DNA from: Gammaproteobacteria bacterium
GTDB lineage: Bacteria; Pseudomonadota; Gammaproteobacteria; UBA4575
NCBI GenBank assembly: GCA_028279275.1
Contig: JANQOB010000002.1
Location: 264,500 to 328,499 of the forward strand
DNA: 64,000 bases
Direction of reading: 5' to 3'
Shown: positions 50,793 through 61,918 of the stretch, one piece after another
Numbering within the stretch: the first letter of the stretch is position 1
Layout of the letters: the number at the start of each line of letters is the position of its first letter
The notes under the pieces: model-generated
Seen by the model: only the letters and a program-made list of their open reading frames with translations
Database searches by the model: none
What the model was told of the DNA's origin: nothing
Translations under genes and position numbers: made by a program

Positions 50793-50989
50793 TGAGGATT
50801 CCTAATGTATAATTGTTGTATATTTTATTATTCTAAAAGTATCTTTGACTTTGATGTGAGATAAAATAATCTATTCAATCAAGATTAGTCTATAAGAAAT
50901 TCACGCATTCATATAAACTATATATTTTGAATGTTCATTTTTTTCTGAGATATAATCTTAATTATAATAAAAATATTGAATTACAACTA

Positions 50990-51595
50990 ATGACGGATGA
51001 ATTTTACCGCTGGCGCCCACACCCCTGGCATGGCATTGATGTTGGGCCTAATCCTCCTGAAATTGTGCATGCTTATATAGAAATTACTTCATCTGACTTA
51101 GTGAAATATGAAGTGGATAAAACCACAGGGTATCTACGAGTTGACCGACCTCATAGAACATCGTCACTCCCACCAACGCTTTACGGTTTTATTCCAAAAA
51201 CGTATTGCAATGAAAATGTCCGCAAGCTAATGGGCTCAAAAGCAAAAAAGGGAGATCATGATCCATTAGATATTTGTGTAATAAGTGAGCATTTAATTCA
51301 ACGAGCAGAAGTTTTACTTAATGCGCGCGTTGTTGGTGGTTTGCCAATGCTGGATGGTGATGAGGCAGATGATAAAATAATAGCAGTACTTGAAAATGAT
51401 CGTGTCTGGAGTGAGATACGAGATATTTCCGAGCTACCTATTCATATGATTGAACGTTTAAGACATTATTTCGAAACCTACAAAGTGCTTCCGGGTGAGG
51501 TATCCAACGTCTCAGTTGGCGATCCTTATGGATTTGAGCATGCCGCAGAGGTAATTACAGCTTCTATTAAAGACTATCAAATAAAGTATGCTTAA
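50990..51595 (+). CDS. ppa: Soluble inorganic pyrophosphatase (family I)
   Basis: [49 protein letters not shown]; ATG at 50990. Confidence 0.92.
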   Translation: MTDEFYRWRPHPWHGIDVGPNPPEIVHAYIEITSSDLVKYEVDKTTGYLRVDRPHRTSSLPPTLYGFIPKTYCNENVRKLMGSKAKKGDHDPLDICVISEHLIQRAEVLLNARVVGGLPMLDGDEADDKIIAVLENDRVWSEIRDISELPIHMIERLRHYFETYKVLPGEVSNVSVGDPYGFEHAAEVITASIKDYQIKYA

Positions 51596-51698
51596 AACGC
51601 TAACTCTATTAGCTAAGTTTGCTATACAAGAAAGTTTTCATATATTAACAGTGATGAATTAGTTTTAATTATTAGCGCCTATAACTTTATGGGGTTCG

Positions 51699-52586
51699 TT
51701 AAGGCACGCTTTCTGTAAGTGTCTCTTCAGGTGGATGCTTCATTTGTTTTTCACGTAAAATAATCACACCCGCTACAATAATGAGTAGCGCCCCAGAAAC
51801 CGTTATCAAAGTTATCAATTCACCCCAGAACACCCAGCCAATAATTGCAGCAAATAAAATGGAAGAGTAAGTGAAAGGTGCAATCTTACTTGCAGGAGCA
51901 AGAATATAGGATTTAGTTAGTAGTAATTGTCCAACTGTTCCAAAAGCACCCAAGCATAATAAAATTATCCACTCTTGATTTGTTGGGCTTTGCCAAAACC
52001 AAAACAAAGGAATGGATGAAACGACTAGGCTGATAAAACCAAAATAAAAAACTATTCGGCTGGTTGGTTCGGTATCAGACATTCTGCGGATGGTAACTTT
52101 TGCTATTGCTGCTAAGGCTCCTCCTAGCAAGCCAACAAGGGACGCTATATGAATGGTGCCCGTAGGTTTCAATACTAGAATTACACCTAAAAAACCAACC
52201 ATTATCGCCATGATGACTCTTAATGATATGTATTCACTCAGCCACACAAATGCAATGATTGGAATGAATAAAGGTGCGCTGATTTTTAATAGCATGGCAT
52301 CAGCTAATGGCAACTCGGATAGAGCATAGAAAAAGCAATACATTGCCGATACCCCAGCCAATGAACGTAAAAAATGCCAACGAATATTGTCCGTTTTAAG
52401 TGTATTGATTCCTAATCTAAATATAAGTGGTAATAAAACAATTAAGCCAAACAAGTTTCGAAAGAAAACGACATTTTGACTTGGGAGATTATCAGAAAGC
52501 AGTTTTACTAATGAGCCCATACCTACAAAACACAACTCTGCAAGCATTGCAAAAATGCAGCCAAGAATTAAATTATTTTTTTGCAT
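51699..52586 (-). CDS. EamA/DMT family transporter
   Basis: Ten hydrophobic segments; VVFFRNLFG, LPLADA, APASKIAPFTY. Confidence 0.9.
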   Translation of the reverse strand: MQKNNLILGCIFAMLAELCFVGMGSLVKLLSDNLPSQNVVFFRNLFGLIVLLPLIFRLGINTLKTDNIRWHFLRSLAGVSAMYCFFYALSELPLADAMLLKISAPLFIPIIAFVWLSEYISLRVIMAIMVGFLGVILVLKPTGTIHIASLVGLLGGALAAIAKVTIRRMSDTEPTSRIVFYFGFISLVVSSIPLFWFWQSPTNQEWIILLCLGAFGTVGQLLLTKSYILAPASKIAPFTYSSILFAAIIGWVFWGELITLITVSGALLIIVAGVIILREKQMKHPPEETLTESVP

Positions 52587-52590
52587 GAAT

Positions 52591-52624
52591 AAAAAAGCCC
52601 TTACAGTATTTATACTGTAAGGGC
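52591..52624 (-). terminator. Rho-independent terminator of acnA
   Basis: Perfect 12-bp stem GCCCTTACAGTA-N4-TACTGTAAGGGC followed by T6 on the minus strand. Confidence 0.88.
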
Positions 52625-52648
52625 ATGTGCAAATTAGCTTGCAAGGTA

Positions 52649-55309
52649 TTACGCAGCCAGTTGTCTTAGAACGTAGTGCAAAATACCTCCATTCTGGTAG
52701 TACTCAACTTCTTGTGGTGTATCAATTCGGACTTTTACTTCAAAAGATTTCTCACTGCCATCATCGGATTTTGCTGTTACCGTTACAGATTTTGCTGCTC
52801 CGTTTTTCAGACCTGTAATATTGAATACTTCGGTACCCGTTAATCCTAAGCTCACTGCGTTGTCGCCATCATTATATTGCAGTGGGAGAATGCCCATGCC
52901 AACTAAGTTTGAGCGGTGAATACGCTCATAACTCTCTGCAATGACTGCACTGACACCTTGAAGGCTAGGGCCTTTAGCTGCCCAATCTCGAGATGAGCCT
53001 GATCCATATTCTTTACCAGAAAGAATAATAGTTGGGACATTTTCATCTTTGTATTTCATTGCAGCATCATAAATCGACATCTGTTCACCACTAGGTTGGT
53101 GAATAGTGACACCACCCTCGGTTCCCGGCGCGAGTTTGTTTCGCAATCGGATGTTTGCAAAAGTACCGCGCATCATGACTTCATGGTTTCCTCGGCGTGA
53201 ACCGTAAGAATTAAAATCTGCCGGACTTACACCTTGCTCAATTAAATATTTTGCCGCAGGACTGTCAGGCGCAATAGCACCTGCAGGCGAAATATGATCG
53301 GTAGTAACGGAATCACCTAAATAGGCAAGCACTCGTGCACCATGAATATCAGACACGTCTCTGACTTCTGCAGTCATACCTTCGAAGTAAGGTGGGTTGT
53401 TGATATAAGTAGAGTCGTCCCACTGGTAAAGATTAGTGTTTGCGGCTTCTAAATTATTCCAGTTGCTTTCTCCATGGAATACATCTTTATATGATTCAAT
53501 ATATTGTTCCGTAGTTAAGAAATTCGAAACGATGTCAGTTACTTCTTGTTGAGTAGGCCAGATATCTTTTAGAAAAACGGGGTTACCGTCTTTGTCTTCT
53601 GCTATGGCTTCATTGTAAACATCGATATCCATACGACCTGCAATAGCATAAGCAACCACGAGAGGAGGGGATGCAAGATAATTCATGCGAATCAAGGCAT
53701 GTACGCGTCCTTCAAAATTGCGGTTACCGGATAATACTGAAGTGGTGACTAAATCATTTTCCGTAATGGCATTTGCTACAGGTTCAGGAAGTGGGCCGGA
53801 ATTTCCAATACAGGTTGTACAACCATAGCCCACAACATGAAAGCCTAATTCTTTGAGATCATCCATCACACCCGCATTTTCCAAATATTCTGTCACTACG
53901 CGTGAACCGGGTGCGAGTGATGTTTTCACCCATGGTTTTACTTTTACACCCAATGCAGCAGCTTTGCGTGCAACTAATCCTGCTCCCAGCATTACACTAG
54001 GATTGGAAGTGTTCGTGCAAGATGTGATGGCAGCAAGCACAACAGCACCGTCTGATAATGTTTCTTTATTACCATTGATCTCAATTTCAACACTGCCTGC
54101 ACTTTGTATATCACGCTCTTCTTTCAGTGCGGCAATATCTCTTTCAAATGCGGGTTTTGATTCGCTAAGTGAAATGCGATCTTGAGGACGTTTAGGACCA
54201 GAGATGCTTGGAACCACATCGGCAAGATTTAATTCAATGTGTTCGCTGAACTCGACGCCTTCACGAACACCCTCGCGCCACATGCCTGTTTCTTTTGCAT
54301 AAGCTTCAGCTAAGGCGACGGCTTGTCCATCACGTCCAGTTTGTTCTAAGTATCGAATTGTTTCAGCATCAATTGGGAAGATACCACAGGTTGCCCCGTA
54401 TTCAGGTGCCATATTGGCAATGGTTGCACGGTCTGCAAGTGGCAATACATCTAAACCGTCACCATAAAATTCTACAAATTTTCCTACTACGCCATGCTTG
54501 CGAAGCATTTCTACTATAACGAGCACCAGATCTGTAGCAGTTGCTCCTTCAGGTAATTTGCCTGTCAGCTTAAAACCAACTACTTTTGGAATCAGCATTG
54601 AGATTGGTTGGCCTAACATGGATGCTTCAGCCTCAATTCCACCAACTCCCCAACCAAGAACGCCAACGCCGTTAATCATAGTGGTGTGAGAGTCAGTACC
54701 AACTACAGAATCTGGATAGGCTTGTGTGGCTCCATTGATCTCTTTAGAAAATATTACGCGTGCTAAAAATTCTAAATTAACTTGGTGAACGATACCGGTA
54801 CCTGGAGGAACTACTTTGAAGTTTGAAAAAACATTTTGACCCCATTTTAAAAACTGATAACGTTCTTTGTTGCGGTTAAATTCGAGTTTTTCATTTAGAT
54901 CCATCGCTGAATCTGAACCAAAATTGTCAACTTGCACGGAATGGTCAATGACCATTTCTGCAGGCTGTAATGGATTAATTTTTTCAGGGTCTCCACCTAG
55001 TCTTTTCATGGCGTCACGCATGGCGGCTAGATCAACCACACATGGTACACCGGTAAAATCTTGCATGAGTACGCGTGCAGGGCGGAACGCAATTTCTTTG
55101 CTGGGTTCGGCTTTCGCATCCCAATTTAAGATAGCTTCGATATCTTCTTTAGTAACCGTTTTGTTGTCTTCATAACGCAGAAGATTTTCAAGCAAGATTT
55201 TTATGGAATAGGGTAGACGCTCAGCTTGAGGTAATTTACCAACATTAAAAATTTCATAGGTATTACCATTCACATCTAGGCTTGATTTGGTGTCAAAACT
55301 GTTACTCAT
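52649..55309 (-). CDS. acnA: Aconitate hydratase 1
   Basis: [60 protein letters not shown]. Confidence 0.98.
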   Translation of the reverse strand: MSNSFDTKSSLDVNGNTYEIFNVGKLPQAERLPYSIKILLENLLRYEDNKTVTKEDIEAILNWDAKAEPSKEIAFRPARVLMQDFTGVPCVVDLAAMRDAMKRLGGDPEKINPLQPAEMVIDHSVQVDNFGSDSAMDLNEKLEFNRNKERYQFLKWGQNVFSNFKVVPPGTGIVHQVNLEFLARVIFSKEINGATQAYPDSVVGTDSHTTMINGVGVLGWGVGGIEAEASMLGQPISMLIPKVVGFKLTGKLPEGATATDLVLVIVEMLRKHGVVGKFVEFYGDGLDVLPLADRATIANMAPEYGATCGIFPIDAETIRYLEQTGRDGQAVALAEAYAKETGMWREGVREGVEFSEHIELNLADVVPSISGPKRPQDRISLSESKPAFERDIAALKEERDIQSAGSVEIEINGNKETLSDGAVVLAAITSCTNTSNPSVMLGAGLVARKAAALGVKVKPWVKTSLAPGSRVVTEYLENAGVMDDLKELGFHVVGYGCTTCIGNSGPLPEPVANAITENDLVTTSVLSGNRNFEGRVHALIRMNYLASPPLVVAYAIAGRMDIDVYNEAIAEDKDGNPVFLKDIWPTQQEVTDIVSNFLTTEQYIESYKDVFHGESNWNNLEAANTNLYQWDDSTYINNPPYFEGMTAEVRDVSDIHGARVLAYLGDSVTTDHISPAGAIAPDSPAAKYLIEQGVSPADFNSYGSRRGNHEVMMRGTFANIRLRNKLAPGTEGGVTIHQPSGEQMSIYDAAMKYKDENVPTIILSGKEYGSGSSRDWAAKGPSLQGVSAVIAESYERIHRSNLVGMGILPLQYNDGDNAVSLGLTGTEVFNITGLKNGAAKSVTVTAKSDDGSEKSFEVKVRIDTPQEVEYYQNGGILHYVLRQLAA

Positions 55310-55449
55310 TTAAGCTTCTCCGCGGTATATTTTATTTTGTCTAGCTTAAGATCTAACTGGGGCTAAAAGGAGCGTGATTATCGAGCATTTCCTATTAAAG
55401 AGGAACTGCCTGTAAGTGGTAATCTTGTTAATATATATGCTGAGCCAGT

Positions 55450-56079
55450 CTAAACAGCCGAACTACGCTCCATATTGTGGATATTGTTTAGGAGCGATTT
55501 TCGCCCTAACAGCAAGGTCCAGCGTTTTCCGTTAGCTTGCTTCCATAAAACTATGGCGCGTATCCCAGCTAATAGTAATGCACGAATTTTACTGGCGTTG
55601 TTATCTGTTTTTAAATATACCGGATCTCCTTCTATGATTACTTTGGGACCTAGTGGGCTGATATATTCACGATAGAGCTCACCAAGATCTTGGGAAACGT
55701 CTTCCAGTGAATCTTCAATTGAATCGTATTGATTGTTAATGCGTTCAAGTTGACTTGAAAGTGAGTCTACAGTCTTGCCACTAACTGCAAACTTGGAAGC
55801 AAGATACATAAGATTAATTGCATAGCGCGTTCTTTCGATCGCATGTTTCTCGTTTTTACTTTGCAATGCTATTTTTAAAGTTTGAATACCAAGCTGAAGA
55901 TTCTCTATAGAGCCATAAACATCGAGGTAGTTGATCGGATTGAGCTTTAAGACACTTGCAATAGTAGGCACCATGCATGAATGACTACTATCTCCTTCCC
56001 AAGCAATGTTCTGCACTAATGCGAGTGACTGATATAAGCCAGTAAGTGCGATAGTTTGATCTTGAGTGATATTAAACAC
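55450..56079 (-). CDS. hflD: High-frequency lysogenization protein HflD
   Basis: IALTGLYQSLALVQ, ISPLGPKVIIEG, IRALLLAGIRAIVLWKQANG; downstream of mnmA. Confidence 0.9.
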   Translation of the reverse strand: MFNITQDQTIALTGLYQSLALVQNIAWEGDSSHSCMVPTIASVLKLNPINYLDVYGSIENLQLGIQTLKIALQSKNEKHAIERTRYAINLMYLASKFAVSGKTVDSLSSQLERINNQYDSIEDSLEDVSQDLGELYREYISPLGPKVIIEGDPVYLKTDNNASKIRALLLAGIRAIVLWKQANGKRWTLLLGRKSLLNNIHNMERSSAV

Positions 56080-56088
56080 GTAAATTTC

Positions 56089-57174
56089 TTAGTTATATCT
56101 TTCGTTAATAATACCACCGCCAAGGCAGATATCATCTTGATATAACACAACACTTTGTCCTGGAGTAATTGCCCATTGAGGCTCATTAAAAATGATTTCA
56201 TAGTTTCCGTTGTTATGAGGTTTAATCGAGCAGATTTGATCTTTTTGTCTATAGCGAGTTTTAGCTTTTAAATTGTCTATCGAATTAGGCTCTTGACCTT
56301 TAATCCAATGAAAATCTTGTGTAATTAATTTTTTGTGGAATAAAGACTCATGCTCCCTGCCTTGAACAACATATAAAACATTTGAACTAACATCTTTTTC
56401 CGTTACATACCAAGGTTCTTCAGAATGCTCTCGTTGCCCACCAATTCCTAAACCCTGGCGTTGGCCGATGGTATAAAATGCCACACCTTCGTGTTGTCCG
56501 ATAACCTCTTCATGTAATGTTCTTATCTCACCCTGTTTTGCAGGAATATAGTTTTGCAAGAAGTCTTTGAATTTTCGTTCACCAATAAAACATATTCCGG
56601 TACTGTCTTTTTTGTCGTATGTATCGAACTGATTTTGTTGAGCTATTTTTCGAACTTGAGTTTTTTTCAATTCGCCAACTGGAAATAACGACTTAGCTAA
56701 TTGTTGCTGGTTTAGGGTGTGTAGGAAATATGACTGATCTTTATTTTCATCCAAGCCCTTACTTAAAATATTTTCAGAATTTGAATGAGTGCAATTTACA
56801 TAATGTCCTGTAGCAATAAAGTCTGCATCTAAGTTGATTGCGTGATCTAAAAAGGCTCGAAATTTAATTTCCTTGTTACAAATAATGTCTGGGTTGGGAG
56901 TGCGCCCTTCCTTGTATTCTGTCAGGAAATATTCAAATACACGATCCCAATATTCACTGGAGAAATTTACAGTGTGTAATTCGATTCCAATTTGGGCACA
57001 AATTTTTTGTGCATCTGCTAAATCAACTGCGGCAGAACAATATTCTTCATCATCATCTTCATCCCAATTTTTCATAAACAAACCTTCCACACGGAAACCT
57101 TGTTCCTTCAAAAGATAAGCTGCGACTGAGGAATCTACACCGCCAGACATGCCAACAATAATTTTGGAAGCCAT
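56089..57174 (-). CDS. mnmA: tRNA 2-thiouridine(34) synthase
   Basis: [41 protein letters not shown]. Confidence 0.98.
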   Translation of the reverse strand: MASKIIVGMSGGVDSSVAAYLLKEQGFRVEGLFMKNWDEDDDEEYCSAAVDLADAQKICAQIGIELHTVNFSSEYWDRVFEYFLTEYKEGRTPNPDIICNKEIKFRAFLDHAINLDADFIATGHYVNCTHSNSENILSKGLDENKDQSYFLHTLNQQQLAKSLFPVGELKKTQVRKIAQQNQFDTYDKKDSTGICFIGERKFKDFLQNYIPAKQGEIRTLHEEVIGQHEGVAFYTIGQRQGLGIGGQREHSEEPWYVTEKDVSSNVLYVVQGREHESLFHKKLITQDFHWIKGQEPNSIDNLKAKTRYRQKDQICSIKPHNNGNYEIIFNEPQWAITPGQSVVLYQDDICLGGGIINERYN

Positions 57175-57209
57175 GGCTTATGAAAGCATAAAATATGGTT
57201 ACAAGAGAA

Positions 57210-57668
57210 CTACCAATGTTGATGTATATCACGAAGCATACTTAGATCATGCCGTTTTCCGCTTAAATAATCATTTAAGCTTTCTGTGACCATTGTGCTT
57301 CGTATTCTTGTTTCTGGTAAAGCTAGGATGTCGTTTTTGTCGTGCCAATCAGCATTCAATATTCCTTCATCAAGATTTGTAGATACTTGACGGTCACTAC
57401 AATTTCCACAGAAGGTAAATCGCAAAAAGGTTTCATCTTTACGAGGATGTTGCCAACGATAAATTCCAACCAGGGCAGAAGGGTAAAATTCCCAACCTGT
57501 TTCTTCTAAGGTTTCACGTTGTGCGGCTTCAATGAGTGTTTCTCCCGCTTCCCAATGGCCGGCTGGTTGGTTGAGGACTGCAGTTCCTTCAACCATTTCT
57601 TCTACTAGTAAGAACTTTTGATCACGCTCAATTACTGCAGCTACAGTGATGTGTGGTTCCCATTTCAT
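57210..57668 (-). CDS. nudJ: Nudix hydrolase (NudJ-like)
   Basis: PHITVAAVI, LNQPAGHWEAGETLIEAAQRETLEETGW; upstream of mnmA. Confidence 0.85.
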   Translation of the reverse strand: MKWEPHITVAAVIERDQKFLLVEEMVEGTAVLNQPAGHWEAGETLIEAAQRETLEETGWEFYPSALVGIYRWQHPRKDETFLRFTFCGNCSDRQVSTNLDEGILNADWHDKNDILALPETRIRSTMVTESLNDYLSGKRHDLSMLRDIHQHW

Positions 57669-57960
57669 AATTTAGATTGAATTTTGAGGTACAGATCCCG
57701 TGTTTTGAGAATATGTAAAATACTAATATTTATTAAATTTAATAAGTAAACACTACAGTATATTTTATATAAATCAATAGTTTATAGTAACTATTTAAAT
57801 AAAATTATTGATAATGCTTGAAACGAACTCAAAATGCACCAATATTATTATGTATTACACATTATCATTTAGTAGGCCAAATAGGGCGTTTTAGATATTG
57901 TAGCTAGGCTGCAAAATAGTGCTGTATATAATATTAACGCAATAGCTTTATCCATTGAGT

Positions 57961-58281
57961 ATGTCTGATCAAGAACAACCTCGCCATGACGATGAATTGC
58001 TCGTACAAGAAGCGAAGCCCAAGGTTAAAAAGCCCCAGATGTACAAAGTGGTGCTTTTGAATGATGATTACACTCCTATGGAGTTTGTGGTACATATTTT
58101 AGAAAACTTTTTTAAAATGAATAGAGAGAAAGCTACACGCATTATGTTGCATGTTCATACACGTGGCAAAGGTGTATGTGGAGTGTTTACTCGTGATGTT
58201 GCTGAAACTAAAGTAGCTCAAGTGAATGACTATTCTCGTATGAATAATCACCCATTACTTTGCGCAATGGAAGAAGCTTAA
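57961..58281 (+). CDS. clpS: Clp protease adaptor
   Basis: [36 protein letters not shown]. Confidence 0.97.
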   Translation: MSDQEQPRHDDELLVQEAKPKVKKPQMYKVVLLNDDYTPMEFVVHILENFFKMNREKATRIMLHVHTRGKGVCGVFTRDVAETKVAQVNDYSRMNNHPLLCAMEEA

Positions 58282-58293
58282 GAATAGGGAAAT

Positions 58294-60570
58294 ATGTTAA
58301 ATAAAGAGCTGGAATTTACTCTAAACGTTGCTTTCAAAGAAGCACGAGAAAAACGTCATGAGTTCATGACGGTAGAACATTTATTACTCGCACTTACTCA
58401 AAACCCCGCTGCAGCCGATGTACTACGAGCTTGTGGCATCAATCTTACAAAACTCGCAACCGAGCTTAGCGAATTTATCAGTGATAATACTCCAGTGTTG
58501 CCTGAAGATGATGATCGGGATACACAACCGACTTTAGGTTTTCAGCGCGTATTGCAACGAGCTGTATTTCATGTGCAATCATCAGGTAAAAAAGATGCTG
58601 AAGTTACCGGCGCGAATGTTCTAGTAGCAATATTTGGAGAACAAGAGTCACATGCAGTTTATTTATTAGGCCAACATGATATTGCACGACTTGATGTTGT
58701 AAATTTCATTGCTCACGGAATTTCAAAAGTTCCTATGGATTCAGATAATGAATTAACTGGCGAGCCAGAATTGGATGTAAATGGTGATGCGCCTGCGCCG
58801 AAACCGTTAGAGCGTTTTGCTACAAACTTAAATGCTAGAGCATTGGATGGAAAAATTGATCCGCTAATAGGACGCGATAATGAAATAGAGCGAGTAGTAC
58901 AAATTCTTTGCCGCCGCCGTAAGAATAATCCTTTATTAGTAGGTGAAGCGGGTGTAGGTAAAACTGCGATAGCGGAAGGTTTGGCAAAAAGAATTGTAGA
59001 AAAACAAGTTCCTGAGATTTTACAAGACAGCACTATATATGCATTAGATTTGGGCGGTTTGGTAGCAGGCACAAAATATCGTGGTGATTTTGAAAAACGT
59101 CTTAAAGGCGTCTTGCATCAACTCAAAGAAGAAGAGGGTGCAATTTTATTCATTGATGAGATTCATACTGTAATTGGGGCTGGTTCTGCATCAGGTGGTG
59201 TAATGGATGCGTCCAACTTAATTAAGCCTATGCTTAGTTCAGGTGAATTAAAGTGTATCGGTTCGACTACTTATCAAGAATTTCGTGGTGTGTTTGAGAA
59301 AGATCGTGCTTTAGCGCGTCGTTTTCAAAACATTGATATTGATGAACCTAGCGTGGACGAAACATTCCAGATTCTTAAAGGTTTACGTAGTCGTTTTGAA
59401 GAACATCATGCTGTAAAGTATTCCGATAAAGCCTTAAAGACTGCGGCAGAACTTGCTGATAAGCATATCAATGATCGTCACTTGCCGGATAAAGCCATTG
59501 ATGTGATTGACGAGGCAGGCGCCAATATGAACCTCAAGCCAAAGTCGTCACGCAAAAAAAATATTACTGTCAAACAGATCGAAGATGTGGTCGCGAAGAT
59601 GGCACGTATCCCGCCTAAACATGTTAGTTCCAATGACACTGAAATTCTTAAGAATTTGGAGCGTAATTTGAAACTAGTAGTGTTTGGTCAAGATGACGCG
59701 ATAAGCACTTTGTCTACCGCAATAAAAATGTCACGCTCGGGTATTGGCAATGAAGATAAGCCAATCGGCTCTTTCTTATTTGCAGGTCCTACTGGTGTGG
59801 GCAAAACAGAAGTCACTCGCCAATTATCACTGATCCTTGGAATTGAATTATTGCGATTTGATATGTCTGAATACATGGAACGTCATACTGTATCAAGATT
59901 GATTGGTGCACCTCCTGGTTATGTAGGTTTTGATCAAGGGGGATTGCTCACTGATGCGGTATTAAAAGCTCCACACTGCGTTTTATTGCTGGATGAAATA
60001 GAAAAAGCGCATCCAGACGTATTCAATTTGTTGTTACAAGTTATGGATCATGGAACACTGACAGATACCAATGGACGCAAAGTTGACTTCCGTAATGTCA
60101 TTTTAGTGATGACAACAAATGCAGGTGCGCATGAGATGAACCGCGCGAGCGTTGGCTTTACAACACAAGATCACCAATCGGATGGCGCGGAAATTATTAA
60201 GCGTACATTCACACCTGAGTTTAGAAATCGCTTGGATGGAATTATTCAATTCTCGCCACTTGATCAGAAAACCGTTCTTCATGTGGTCGACAAGTTTGTT
60301 GCCCAACTTGAAGCGCAGTTGGAATCTAAGAAAGTGGAAATACAGATCGAGCCCTCGGCAAAACAATGGATCGCTGATCGTGGCTATGATGTTAAAATGG
60401 GTGCTCGACCCATGGATCGGATCATACAAGAGCACATCAAGAAACCTCTTGCGGAAGAAATCTTATTTGGTCGTTTAGAGAATGGTGGCAAAGTTGTTGT
60501 TCGCGCCAGTGAGGAACAAGCGGATAACAATGAGCTTGAAATTGAATATCTAGAGAAAGTTACGAACTAA
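58294..60570 (+). CDS. clpA: ATP-dependent Clp protease ATPase subunit
   Basis: HEFMTVEHLLLAL, GEAGVGKT, GPTGVGKT, RFDMSEYMERH. Confidence 0.98.
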   Translation: MLNKELEFTLNVAFKEAREKRHEFMTVEHLLLALTQNPAAADVLRACGINLTKLATELSEFISDNTPVLPEDDDRDTQPTLGFQRVLQRAVFHVQSSGKKDAEVTGANVLVAIFGEQESHAVYLLGQHDIARLDVVNFIAHGISKVPMDSDNELTGEPELDVNGDAPAPKPLERFATNLNARALDGKIDPLIGRDNEIERVVQILCRRRKNNPLLVGEAGVGKTAIAEGLAKRIVEKQVPEILQDSTIYALDLGGLVAGTKYRGDFEKRLKGVLHQLKEEEGAILFIDEIHTVIGAGSASGGVMDASNLIKPMLSSGELKCIGSTTYQEFRGVFEKDRALARRFQNIDIDEPSVDETFQILKGLRSRFEEHHAVKYSDKALKTAAELADKHINDRHLPDKAIDVIDEAGANMNLKPKSSRKKNITVKQIEDVVAKMARIPPKHVSSNDTEILKNLERNLKLVVFGQDDAISTLSTAIKMSRSGIGNEDKPIGSFLFAGPTGVGKTEVTRQLSLILGIELLRFDMSEYMERHTVSRLIGAPPGYVGFDQGGLLTDAVLKAPHCVLLLDEIEKAHPDVFNLLLQVMDHGTLTDTNGRKVDFRNVILVMTTNAGAHEMNRASVGFTTQDHQSDGAEIIKRTFTPEFRNRLDGIIQFSPLDQKTVLHVVDKFVAQLEAQLESKKVEIQIEPSAKQWIADRGYDVKMGARPMDRIIQEHIKKPLAEEILFGRLENGGKVVVRASEEQADNNELEIEYLEKVTN

Positions 60571-60605
60571 CTTTTATTTTTCTGGACTTTTATTAACTTG
60601 AGCTT

Positions 60606-60824
60606 CTATTTTCCACGGAAGGTTATTCGACCTTTGGTGAGATCGTAAGGAGTCATCTCAACAGTGACCTTGTCGCCGGTCAAAATCTTGATGTAGTGTT
60701 TGCGCATACGACCTGAAATGTGGGCGGTAATTGTATGCCCATTCTCAAGTTCAACACGAAACATGGTATTAGGTAAGGTTTCAATAACCGTCCCTTCCAT
60801 TTCAATTTGATCTTCTTTAGCCAT
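60606..60824 (-). CDS. infA: Translation initiation factor IF-1
   Basis: [30 protein letters not shown]...[17 protein letters not shown]. Confidence 0.98.
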   Translation of the reverse strand: MAKEDQIEMEGTVIETLPNTMFRVELENGHTITAHISGRMRKHYIKILTGDKVTVEMTPYDLTKGRITFRGK

Positions 60825-60957
60825 GCAGCTCCGTCTTTATATTAAGAAGTCGCACATTATGGTAGAACAAAAAAATAAAACAAGCGATTTGATTTATGAG
60901 TACAATGACTTTGTCTAATTTCTTTTAGAATTTAATCGTTTTTTAGCATTTTTTAAG

Positions 60958-61887
60958 ATGACTCACGTATATATATTCCCTGGCCAGGGATCACAATCAG
61001 TTGGCATGCTTGCTGAGTTGGCTGACCAATACTCTGAGGTTAAAGAGACGTTTGAACAAGCTTCGGATATTTTGCAACAGAATCTATGGGATCTTGTTGC
61101 AAACGGGCCGGAGCAGGAGATTAACCGAACAGAAAACACACAACCCATCATGTTATGCGCAAGTGTTGCAGTGCATAAAATATGGGCTAAACAGTTTCCC
61201 AAAGCTCCCATGTATACGGCGGGACACAGCTTCGGTGAATACACCGCTTTAGTTTGCACTGGTGCGCTGGACTTTGAAAAAACAGTTCCACTAGCGCGTT
61301 ATAGGGGAGAGGTGATGCAAGAAGCTGTACCCGAGGGTCAAGGTGCTATGGCAGCCGTTTTGGGTCTAGAGGATAGTAAATTGATAGAAGTGTGTGCAGA
61401 TGCAGCACAACAACAGATTGTTGAAGCAGTGAACTTTAATGCACCAGGGCAAGTAGTGATTGCAGGTGATGCGGATGCAGTAAACCGAGCAATAGAAATG
61501 GCAAAAGCAGCAGGTGCTAAGCGTGCAGTGTTGTTGCCACTGAGTGTGCCTTCGCACAGTAGTTTGATGCGAACGGCTGCAGATAAGTTACGTGATTATT
61601 TAGCCGATATTGAACTGCGAGTTACTGAACTGAAGGTAATACATAATGCTGATGTTAAATTTTATGACAACGAGCAAGATATAAAAGATGCGCTCTATCG
61701 ACAATTGTTTAACCCTGTGCGTTGGGTAGAAACAATTCAGTATATGCTTTCAGAAGGTGCGAGTGTATTTGTAGAGTTGGGTCCTGGGAAAGTGCTTACA
61801 GGGTTGAGTAAACGCATTGATAGAAGTGCAGCATGTCATTGCGTTCAAGATATTAAAAGCTTAGAGCAAGCTTTAGAGAATGTATGA
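60958..61887 (+). CDS. fabD: Malonyl CoA-ACP transacylase
   Basis: FPGQGSQ, TENTQP, GHSFGEY, VPSHSSLM, ELGPGKVLTGL. Confidence 0.97.
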   Translation: MTHVYIFPGQGSQSVGMLAELADQYSEVKETFEQASDILQQNLWDLVANGPEQEINRTENTQPIMLCASVAVHKIWAKQFPKAPMYTAGHSFGEYTALVCTGALDFEKTVPLARYRGEVMQEAVPEGQGAMAAVLGLEDSKLIEVCADAAQQQIVEAVNFNAPGQVVIAGDADAVNRAIEMAKAAGAKRAVLLPLSVPSHSSLMRTAADKLRDYLADIELRVTELKVIHNADVKFYDNEQDIKDALYRQLFNPVRWVETIQYMLSEGASVFVELGPGKVLTGLSKRIDRSAACHCVQDIKSLEQALENV

Positions 61888-61918
61888 CTATAAATCAAAT
61901 TGAGTGGGCTAATAACTT

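Noticed and set aside
50927-50989. N-terminal extension of ppa in the ORF track
   Set aside because: AT-rich low-complexity sequence; family similarity begins at ATG 50990
57730-57745. Perfect 16-bp palindrome TTATTAAATTTAATAA
   Set aside because: A/T only, in an extremely AT-rich gap; plausible by chance
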